Shown: one piece after another, positions 29,201 through 35,968 of the stretch
How positions within the stretch are numbered: position 1 is the first letter of the stretch
Layout: each line of letters opens with the position of its first letter
NCBI GenBank assembly: GCA_026129165.1
Contig: JAHCIP010000004.1
Coordinates: 1-57,124 of the forward strand
Origin: Anaerolineae bacterium
GTDB taxonomy: Bacteria > Chloroflexota > Anaerolineae > Epilineales > JAHCIE01
Reading direction: 5' to 3'
Length of the DNA: 57,124 bases
Notes under the pieces: generated by a model
Told to the model about the DNA's origin: nothing
Databases searched by the model: none
Seen by the model: the letters and a program-made list of their open reading frames with translations, nothing else
Made by a program: the position numbers and the translations under genes

Positions 29201-31531
29201 TGGCGGCAATGGTCGGGCATCCGCGCCTTTGTGCGCGAACGGCGGCGTGACCTGGTGGCGGGTGAGGTTGTCTTCCTGGCCCTGTTCGTTGGCTTCCTGT
29301 TTGTCCGCATGGGTAACCCGGACCTGTGGCATCCGTACATGGGCGGTGAGAAGCCGATGGACTTCGCCTACATGAATGCCGTCATCCGCGCCCAGTTCTT
29401 CCCGAACTACGACCCGTGGTTCGCGGGCGGCCAGATGAACTACTACTACTATGGCTTCGTCATGGTCGCCACGCTGGTCCTGATGACGGGCATCATCCCC
29501 GCCATTGCCTACAACCTGACCATCCCCGCCTTCTTCGCCCTGACCGGCCTTGGCGCTTACGCCGTAGCCTACAACCTGGTAGATACCCGACGGACGGCAG
29601 CGGCGGAAACGACAGCGGACAGTGATCCCCTGTTCATCTCGAAGCCCACGGTCTTCGCCACGTTGGCCGCCATCTTTGTGGCCGTTGTCGGCAACCTGGG
29701 TGAAGTTCAGTTGATTCTCAAGGGGTTGTCTGACTTAAGCGGCGGGGGGAGCGTCCAGAGTAATATCCCCGGCCTGTCGACCCTCTTCAACACGGTCTCC
29801 GGGCTGCAAAAGCTGCTGAGTGGACAGCATCTAAACTTTCGCCAGGAGTGGTGGTACTGGAACGCCAGCCGCGCCATTCCCCACCCACCGAACGAGATTG
29901 TGCCCATTACCGAGTTTCCGTACTTCACCTTCCTGTACGGTGACCTGCACGCCCACATGCTGACCCTGCCGCTGACGCTGCTGGCGCTGGCCTTGGTCCT
30001 CAATATCTTCCTGCGGCCGCGCAATAGCTGGACACTTGGCACGGCGAGGGTCGGCTGGCCCACCGTCCTGGCGACGTGGGGGCTGCTGGGTCTCACCGTA
30101 GGGGCGCTCCGCCCGGCCAACACCTGGGACTACCCAACCTACATGGCGATTACCGTCGGCGCCTTCGCCGTCCACGCTTATCGCTCGCACGGCCTGACGG
30201 CCCGTGCGGTGGGAGAAGTCCTGTGGCGGTCGGCCTTGCTGGCGCTGTTGACGACGCTGTTCTGGCTGCCCTACATCACCAGCTTCGCCACCGGCTTCAA
30301 TACGGTGGAACCGTGGCCAGGCTCGCGTACCGTCTGGTGGTCATACCTGGTGGTGCACGGCTTCTTCCTGTTCAGCCTGGTCACGTTCGTCTTCTTCCAG
30401 GTGCGGCACTGGCTCCAGACGCAGGATACGCCCGAACGCCAGCAGGCGGCGCAACGCTTCCTGCTCCAGGCGCTCGGCGTCCTGGCCGTCGTCGTGGTCG
30501 TCCTGGCCCTCGGTAACTACGGCTCGTTTGTCATCGGCCTGCCCATTGTCGTCGCGGCGGGGTTACTGCTGTTGCGACGTCCGGTGGACGACCAAGGACC
30601 AAAGACCAAAGACCAAGACATGGCTGAGGGTGTACGACCGGGTTTTGAGGATGAGACAAGCTCTTCGCTCGGTCCTCGGTCCTCGGTCCTTGGTCATGTC
30701 TCTGCCCCGACGCCTGCCACCACCTTTATCCTGCTCACGCTGGCGGCGGCGGTGTCGCTGACACTGATGGTGGATGTTATTGTCCTCAAGGGCGACATTG
30801 GGCGCATGAACACCGTGTTCAAGTTCTACCTCCAGGTGTGGGTCCTGCTGGGCGTCGGCGCGGCGGCGGCGCTGGCCTGGGTCTGGGATGAGTTGAAGAC
30901 GCTGGACCTGTCGCTGCGCACGAGCTGGCAGACGGTCTTCGCCGCCCTGTTCTTCGCCGTTAGCCTCTACCCGGTCTTCGCTACCTGGGGCCGCGTCAAC
31001 GACCGCTTCGACAAGAGCGTCGGCGCGACGCTGAACGGCATGGCCTACATGGATGTGGCGCAGTACAGCGACGCGCCCGACGGTCGGCCGCCGGTGACGT
31101 ACCCCCTCAAGTGGGACCGCGACGCTATCGAGTGGATGGAGATGAACATCCCCGGCACCCCAGTCATCCTCGAAGCGCACACCGTCGAGTACCGCTGGGG
31201 GTCGCGTGTCTCCATCTACACCGGCTTCCCGACCGTTGTCGGCTGGAGCAACCACCAGCGCCAGCAGCGCTCGGCGCTGACGGAGCCGGTGGTGGACCAA
31301 CGGGGCAACGATGTCAAGACGCTATTCAACACGCCCGACATCGGCCAGGCCCTGCAACTGCTACAGAAGTACAATGTGGGCTATATCTATGTGGGCGAGA
31401 CGGAGAAGGCGTACTATCAGCCGCAAGGGCTGGCGAAGTTCGAGACCATGGTCCAGCAAGGGGCCGTGGAGCGCGTCTACGCCAACCCCGAAGTGACGAT
31501 TTATCGGGTACTGGGGGGCCGGTCAAGTTAG
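26243..31531 (+). CDS. Fusion protein: PMT_2-like GT-C module + extracytoplasmic beta domain + DUF2298 (Chlor_Arch_YYY) module
   Basis: 1762 aa. N-module 'WDEG..LHPDER', 'QQSHYYT.D', 'VYDHPKV.IF'. C-module 'PDLWHP..GGEKPMDFAY...PNYDPWFAGG..NYYYYG', 'ITEFPYFTFLYGDLHAH', 'NTWDYP', 'RMNTVFKFYLQ', 'TG.PTVVGW..HQ.QQR'. Confidence 0.85.
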   Translation: MQKAIEGAAPAIRPEAPAVTPTRAGQATWLNGAMLALFLGAIFVFGVYFRSVGRNWDEGQTLHPDERFLVMVTNAVQPVKSVGEYFDTAKSQLNPYNKGFGSFVYGTLPLFIVRYTSEWCRECGWLQSLLGVKGPLTGYGETTQLGRFLSSVFDLAALVVLFSIARRLYDTRVAVLATALGAFSVLNIQQSHYYTADTFANLFAILTILFCVRVLQGGGWKDYVGVGLFFGASIGSRINLLTLAGLIVITVVVRLLDAWRGRTLTPNPSPIGGGESGSFPLPMGEGQGEGLSRPTFESVWLGAVLLLLVTLITFRVVMPYAFLAPDSSPTSWLKFNTQWQGDMGNAQRMNRGDVDVPFGHQWTDRWPLWFPFYNMVWFGLGIPLGIAAWTAWGVALWQLLASLWPRRGQPWSLDRLLDSPMLRAHLLPVAWIGITFLFHGTQWVKSVRYFLQMYPFMALMAAWLVVYAWDRATDAAASRGRRGRAWTLDKIAAGAFAGLVLVGTFLFALAFVSIYTKPVTRVAASRWIYENVPTAATLRLDTAQGPRQVQAAIPKGFAWPQNNATNMTPFKAPAEGTLTGITLNYLSDPTRDADAETLEVVVARDPGGQTVVAKGQATANLEQAGPRGMSVPVTLDSGAGTALEPGQEYFLVTRATRGAPIQAGTANLANEHWDDGIPLRLDGRDGFGIYNGLEMTNYDEDEPAKLQKMVDRMDQADYIFMTSGRLYESIPRLPMRWPMTTRYYDLMLNHPEELGYARVAEFTSYPQLGPFVWNDDSSEEQFRVYDHPKVLIFQKTPAFNKAEVARKLGEGIEWDKIQRLWDKEATNVYNNARWRQIPVIGGLIANRLAPLPDQTRAQAAAAPTPGIPSASKTTLMLPQADQVRQQLGGTWSAIFDPASPLNTSGVLSVLVWLLAIYALGLAAFPIAFAIFHHLGDRGWFSSKIMGLLLVSYGAWLVASVQRIVPFGRELVWAVMGALIVVGALFAWRQWSGIRAFVRERRRDLVAGEVVFLALFVGFLFVRMGNPDLWHPYMGGEKPMDFAYMNAVIRAQFFPNYDPWFAGGQMNYYYYGFVMVATLVLMTGIIPAIAYNLTIPAFFALTGLGAYAVAYNLVDTRRTAAAETTADSDPLFISKPTVFATLAAIFVAVVGNLGEVQLILKGLSDLSGGGSVQSNIPGLSTLFNTVSGLQKLLSGQHLNFRQEWWYWNASRAIPHPPNEIVPITEFPYFTFLYGDLHAHMLTLPLTLLALALVLNIFLRPRNSWTLGTARVGWPTVLATWGLLGLTVGALRPANTWDYPTYMAITVGAFAVHAYRSHGLTARAVGEVLWRSALLALLTTLFWLPYITSFATGFNTVEPWPGSRTVWWSYLVVHGFFLFSLVTFVFFQVRHWLQTQDTPERQQAAQRFLLQALGVLAVVVVVLALGNYGSFVIGLPIVVAAGLLLLRRPVDDQGPKTKDQDMAEGVRPGFEDETSSSLGPRSSVLGHVSAPTPATTFILLTLAAAVSLTLMVDVIVLKGDIGRMNTVFKFYLQVWVLLGVGAAAALAWVWDELKTLDLSLRTSWQTVFAALFFAVSLYPVFATWGRVNDRFDKSVGATLNGMAYMDVAQYSDAPDGRPPVTYPLKWDRDAIEWMEMNIPGTPVILEAHTVEYRWGSRVSIYTGFPTVVGWSNHQRQQRSALTEPVVDQRGNDVKTLFNTPDIGQALQLLQKYNVGYIYVGETEKAYYQPQGLAKFETMVQQGAVERVYANPEVTIYRVLGGRSS
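27029..27112. repeat. CCCTCACCC/CCCTCTCCC...GGGAGAGGG/GGGTGAGGG palindromic element, in frame within a CDS
   Basis: ACCCTCACCC (27029-38) pairs with GGGTGAGGGT (27103-12) and encloses two CCCTCTCCC-N-GGGAGAGGG-type hairpins. The element is 84 bp and encodes TLTPNPSPIGGGESGSFPLPMGEGQGEG. Confidence 0.8.
30590..30695. repeat. Inverted heptamer arrays in frame within a CDS
   Basis: GACCAAG GACCAAA GACCAAA GACCAAG (30590-30617) ... CTCGGTC x3 CTTGGTC (30668-30695). Encodes DQGPKTKDQD...LGPRSSVLG. Confidence 0.8.
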
Positions 31532-31535
31532 TCCT

Positions 31536-34043
31536 ATGGTAGACTTCATCCTCTGGTATCTGACGCTCCAACTGATTGGTCTGGCGGCGCTGCCGGTGAC
31601 GCTGCGGCTGTTTCGCCACCTGCCGGACCGAGGCTATGCCTTCGCCCGGCCCCTCGGGCTACTCATCCTGGGCGTAGCCCTGTGGGCGGGTGTCTCGTTC
31701 GGCTTCCTGAACAATGAGCGCGTGACCATCTTTGTCCTGCTCCTCATCCTGGGGGGTGTCAGTGTATGGTCATGGCTGCGCGAGCGTGACCTGCTCAGCG
31801 AGACACTGCGCCAGCACCGGCGGGCAGTCTACGTTACCGAGGCGCTGTTCCTGGGGGGCCTGGCGCTGACGGCCCTATTGCGGGCGTATAGTCCCGAGAT
31901 CGCAACGGCAGGCGGCGAGAAGTACATGGAGTATGCCTTCATCAACTCCATCCTCCGCGCCGACACCTTCCCCCCGCCCGACCCGTGGCTGTCTGGCTTC
32001 GCCATCTCCTACTATTACCTGGGCTACCTTATCCTGGCGATGGTCATCAAGCTGTCGGGCGTGCCCGCCGCGACGGGCTTCAACCTGTCCCACGCCCTGC
32101 TTTACGCTCTGACGCTGACCGGCGCGTTCAGCCTGATCTATAACCTGACGCCTCGCAAGACCACCGACGAAGGACGGAAGACGGAGGACGGAGGACCGAA
32201 GACAGAGGACGAAGGACCGAAGACGGTGGACACGGGCCTGGAGATGGAAGCCAATTCTTCGTCCGTCCTCCGTCCTCCGTCCTCCGTCGGCTCCATTGGC
32301 TTCGGCCTGCTCGGCTCCGTGCTCGTAGCCGTCATGGGCAACCTCATGGGCTTGCTCGAAGTGCTGCACGCGGGCGGTGTCGGCTCGCCTGGCTTCTGGC
32401 AGTGGCTCGACATAAAAAGCATCAACGGCCCGGCGGTGGCGGCGGGCTGGATGCCGTCGCGCTTTATCTGGTGGTGGCAGGCGTCGCGCGTCATCAACGA
32501 CAACGGCGCGGAGATCATTGACGAATTTCCTTCGTTCAGCTTCCTCCTGGGGGACAATCACCCGCATGTCCTGGCGCTGCCTTTTGTCCTGCTGGCGATT
32601 GCGCTGGCCGTCAACACCCTGCGCCAGCGGCCGGGCGCGCCGCTCTACTCGCCGCTCGACCGCGAGTTCTGGCTGGAACGGCTCGCCCCGGCCCTGGTCC
32701 TGGGCGCGCTCGGCTTCCTCAACTCGTGGGACTTCCCGACGTATACCCTCGTCTTCATCGGCGCGTACGCCATTCAATCCTGGCTGACGCAGGGACGGCG
32801 CGGGCGGGAGTGGCTGGTGGACGTGGTCCAGACGGGCCTGGCCGTCGGCGTGGTCGGTCTGCTGCTCTATGTGCCATTCTGGGTCGGCTTGCAGTCGCAG
32901 GCGCGCGGCCTTGCCCTCCAGGGCCCCATTAAGACGCGCCTGCCGCAGTACCTGGTGATGTTCGGGCCATTTGTTGTCGTCGCGCTGGCCTTCCTGGGTG
33001 TCCAGGCGGTGCGAGTGTGGCGGCGGCGTGGTGACGCGGGCAGCCGCATGGCCGTCATCTTCGTCGGCGTCGTCACACTGCCCTCGCTGCTGGTGATGCT
33101 GTTGCGCGGCTGGTTCACGGCGGCCTTCCTGACCTTGCTCATCGGCGTGGCGGTGGCCGCGCTCCTGGTGATGGCCCTGGAAGCCGGCGGCTCCGGTCAG
33201 GCCGAGCCAGCCGAAGAAGCGCCCTCCAAGCACGAACGCCGCCGCTCGGCTACCGCCGCCACCGCCACCCGCTTCCAGAACCCGACGCTGCACACCCTGT
33301 TCGCACTGCTCCTGTTCGCGCTGGCCTTCGGGCTGACGCTGGGAACCGAGTTCGTCTTTATCCGCGACAATTTCGGCAGCCGCATGAACTCGGTCTTCAA
33401 GTTCTACTTCCAGGCCTGGATTCTCCTGGCCCTGGCGAGTGCCTATGCCGCCTGGTGGCTGCTCGGCCGCGAGCGGGCCGAGGGGCGGCAGCGCACCCTG
33501 CAACTGTCGTTTAGCCCTGTGCTGACATTGGTGGTGGGCCTGGGCCTCATCTACCCCATCCTGGCGAACATCAGCCGCGCCGACAACTTCAACCACCCGC
33601 CCACCCTGGACGGCACGCAGTGGGTCGCGCAGCAGCACCCCGACGACTACGCAGCCATCCAGTGGCTCAACGCCAATGTCCAGGACCAGCCGACCATTCT
33701 CGAAGCGCCAGGCGACCAGGGCAAATCGTATGTCTACGAGGGCCGCATCTCGGCCTTCACCGGCTTGCCGACGCTCCTGGGCTGGGGCGGCCATCAATCC
33801 CAGTGGCGCGGCAACTACAACGAGCCGGGCCGGCGCGAGCCGCTGATTGACCAGATTTTCCGCACTACCGACACCCGCGCCGCCCAGCAGTTGCTGGACC
33901 AGTTCGGCGTCGAGTACGTGGTATATGGCAGCGTCGAGCGGGCGCGCTATGGCCCGACGCGCGGGCCGTCGGCGACGAAGTTTGCCCGCTTTATGGATGA
34001 AGTTTTCCGCGACGGCGACACAGTCATCTACCGAATTCGGTGA
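31536..34043 (+). CDS. DUF2298 (Chlor_Arch_YYY) GT-C-like membrane protein
   Basis: 835 aa, with LPDRGY, GGEKYME, FPPPDPWLSG..ISYYYLG, IDEFP.FSFLLGD.HPH, NSWDFP, RMNSVFKFYFQ, and TGLPT.LGW..H..QWR. Paralog of the C-module of the preceding gene. Confidence 0.87.
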   Translation: MVDFILWYLTLQLIGLAALPVTLRLFRHLPDRGYAFARPLGLLILGVALWAGVSFGFLNNERVTIFVLLLILGGVSVWSWLRERDLLSETLRQHRRAVYVTEALFLGGLALTALLRAYSPEIATAGGEKYMEYAFINSILRADTFPPPDPWLSGFAISYYYLGYLILAMVIKLSGVPAATGFNLSHALLYALTLTGAFSLIYNLTPRKTTDEGRKTEDGGPKTEDEGPKTVDTGLEMEANSSSVLRPPSSVGSIGFGLLGSVLVAVMGNLMGLLEVLHAGGVGSPGFWQWLDIKSINGPAVAAGWMPSRFIWWWQASRVINDNGAEIIDEFPSFSFLLGDNHPHVLALPFVLLAIALAVNTLRQRPGAPLYSPLDREFWLERLAPALVLGALGFLNSWDFPTYTLVFIGAYAIQSWLTQGRRGREWLVDVVQTGLAVGVVGLLLYVPFWVGLQSQARGLALQGPIKTRLPQYLVMFGPFVVVALAFLGVQAVRVWRRRGDAGSRMAVIFVGVVTLPSLLVMLLRGWFTAAFLTLLIGVAVAALLVMALEAGGSGQAEPAEEAPSKHERRRSATAATATRFQNPTLHTLFALLLFALAFGLTLGTEFVFIRDNFGSRMNSVFKFYFQAWILLALASAYAAWWLLGRERAEGRQRTLQLSFSPVLTLVVGLGLIYPILANISRADNFNHPPTLDGTQWVAQQHPDDYAAIQWLNANVQDQPTILEAPGDQGKSYVYEGRISAFTGLPTLLGWGGHQSQWRGNYNEPGRREPLIDQIFRTTDTRAAQQLLDQFGVEYVVYGSVERARYGPTRGPSATKFARFMDEVFRDGDTVIYRIR
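32164..32290. repeat. Inverted heptamer arrays in frame within a CDS
   Basis: Nine GACNNNN units (32166-32228) and CTTCGTC..CTCCGTC x3 (32257-32288). Encodes TDEGRKTEDGGPKTEDEGPKTVD...SSVLRPPSSV. Confidence 0.8.
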
Positions 34044-34078
34044 CAAAGGGGAGACATCTTCTTTCCCTGGGAAGAGTG

Positions 34079-35896
34079 ATGATTACAGAAACATTAGATA
34101 GAGAAACAGCGGGAATCTCAGAAGTAGTGGATCAACCTATGGCAGTCACCCGACCGGTGGTGACAGTTGAGAAGGCGCTGTACGGGTTGATTGTCCTGGC
34201 GGCGGCGGTCCTGCGGCTGGTTCAATTAAGCGCGCCGGCCCTGGACGCCCACGAGGCGGGCCAGGCGTACAATGCCTACCGGCTCGCCACGGGCGGCGGG
34301 CTGCCCAGCGGCCCCTACAGCCCCCTCCTGCTGACCTTCAACTTTATCACCTTCGCCCTCTTCGGCGCGGGCGACGCGGCGGCGCGTATCCTGCCCGCCG
34401 TCGCCGGCGCGGCCATCTGCGCCCTGCCCTACTGGCTCCGCCGCTGGCTGGGCCGACCTGGCGGGCTGGCGACCGCCAGCCTGTTGGCCCTGTCGCCGTC
34501 GTTCGTGTTCTTCTCACGACAGGTGGACGAGGCGGTGATTACGGCGCTATTCACCCTGGCCGTCCTGACGATGGGCATGCGCTATCTGATGACCTCTATC
34601 CCCCGCCGCCTGACCTTCATGGTCGTATGGCTGGCCCTGGGCCTCGCCAGCGGGCCGGGGACATGGCTGTTTGCGGTCGTCGCGGTCGGGTTCTCCCTGG
34701 TCGTCATCTATTCGGGGCGTGACAGTGTTACGCGCGAGGATTTGCTGGCGGCGCTGCGCGCTATGCGCAGCAACCGCGTTCACTTGGTCGATACGCTGCT
34801 CCTGGGGCTGGCCCTGTTTGTCGCCGTCAGCACCGCTGTCTTCTTCAATCCCAACGGGGTCCAGGCCGCCTTCGATGCCCTGGCTGTCTGGGATCGGGCG
34901 ACGCCGGACGCGGTGAGCGCGGGGCAGTATCTATTGACGCTGGGCGTCTACGAGACGTTGATCCTGGCGCTTGGGGTGGTCGGCGCGGTATGGCTCATCG
35001 CCCGCCAGCGCAACCTGTTCGCCGCCTTCCTGGGGGCCTGGTTCCTGGCGGCGCTGGTCGTGTCGCTGCTGGCCCCGACGCGCCCGGCCTCCGGTGTCAT
35101 CCCCGTACTTGTACCGCTGACCTTGTTAGCCGGCATGGCGCTGGGGCGGTTCGTGGACAATATTATCTTGCACGGCGCCTGGGACCGCGAGCCGCTCTTC
35201 CTGCTCTTCGCGATCCCGTTTATTGTCGGGCCGGCGCTCCAGGTCGCCGCCTATGTGACCCAGCCCAACCCGCCGGCCGAGCAAGGTTCGCGTCTCCTCC
35301 TCATCCTGGTCATCTTTGTGATTTTCCTGGCGGCCATCTTGGCGGCCATTGGGTCGCTCTTAGGCCGGGACGTGGCTACGCGCAGCCTGACGATTCTCGT
35401 CCTGCTCTTGCTGGGAATGAACAGCCTGCGCTCGATGGCGGGCGTCGTCTTCCCCCAGTCCTATGTGCCTCAGGAATTCCTGGGCGGGCCGCGCACCTCC
35501 CCGGATGTGGCCCAGGTGGCGAACGATCTGCTCGCCGTCGGCGTGGACCGCTTTGGCGCGCGTCCGACGCAACTGGTCGCCGTGGACGAACGCCTCACGC
35601 CGACCTGGCTGTGGTATCTGCGCTGGTTCCCGCGCATTGAGACTCGCAATAACGTCAATGGCTCGACTGCACCACTACTACTGGCCTACGCGCTCGCCAA
35701 TAGCGACCCGCCCGCGCCGCCGGCTGGCTATATCGGCCAGCGCGGCCGCTATCAGTCGGCGTGGGATCCGAGTGGGTTGGACTGGCGCGGTTGGACCCGC
35801 TGGTACCTCTACCGCGACGCTCCTAGCGCCCCGGCGCGTGTGGATGGGTTCATCTGGTACGCCCGGCCCGCGCAGGCTAATCCCCCGCCGGGGTAA
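34079..35896 (+). CDS. TIGR03663/Agl23-like GT-C membrane protein (divergent paralog)
   Basis: 'LRL..L...ALDAHEA', 'GD..AR..PA..G....LP..LR..LGR.G.LA...LLALSP..VFFSR', 'YE.L.L', 'W.WYLR'. Start uncertain (34040, 34079 or 34139). Confidence 0.7.
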   Translation: MITETLDRETAGISEVVDQPMAVTRPVVTVEKALYGLIVLAAAVLRLVQLSAPALDAHEAGQAYNAYRLATGGGLPSGPYSPLLLTFNFITFALFGAGDAAARILPAVAGAAICALPYWLRRWLGRPGGLATASLLALSPSFVFFSRQVDEAVITALFTLAVLTMGMRYLMTSIPRRLTFMVVWLALGLASGPGTWLFAVVAVGFSLVVIYSGRDSVTREDLLAALRAMRSNRVHLVDTLLLGLALFVAVSTAVFFNPNGVQAAFDALAVWDRATPDAVSAGQYLLTLGVYETLILALGVVGAVWLIARQRNLFAAFLGAWFLAALVVSLLAPTRPASGVIPVLVPLTLLAGMALGRFVDNIILHGAWDREPLFLLFAIPFIVGPALQVAAYVTQPNPPAEQGSRLLLILVIFVIFLAAILAAIGSLLGRDVATRSLTILVLLLLGMNSLRSMAGVVFPQSYVPQEFLGGPRTSPDVAQVANDLLAVGVDRFGARPTQLVAVDERLTPTWLWYLRWFPRIETRNNVNGSTAPLLLAYALANSDPPAPPAGYIGQRGRYQSAWDPSGLDWRGWTRWYLYRDAPSAPARVDGFIWYARPAQANPPPG

Positions 35897-35946
35897 TAAA
35901 CGTGTAAGACTTGGTTAAGCCCTCGTTAAAGAGAACTGGCTAGACT
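35891..35946 (+). promoter_or_regulatory. Putative OmpR/PhoB-type direct-repeat array with -10 element
   Basis: (G/T)TAA cores with TAA at 35894, 35905, 35916 and 35927 (11-bp period); TAGACT at 35941-46. Confidence 0.4.
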
Positions 35947-35968
35947 GAAGACGGAGGATGAGAGACGT

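Noticed and set aside
30590-32290. Repeat arrays as a possible CRISPR
   Set aside because: Units are 7-bp tandem repeats without unique spacers, and no cas genes are present.
31875-34046. 723-aa antisense ORF, and similar long ones (1974..3545, 4539..5909, 17401..18726, 39260..40771)
   Set aside because: They lie opposite well-supported genes and have no recognisable motifs. Long shadow ORFs are expected with high-GC codon bias.
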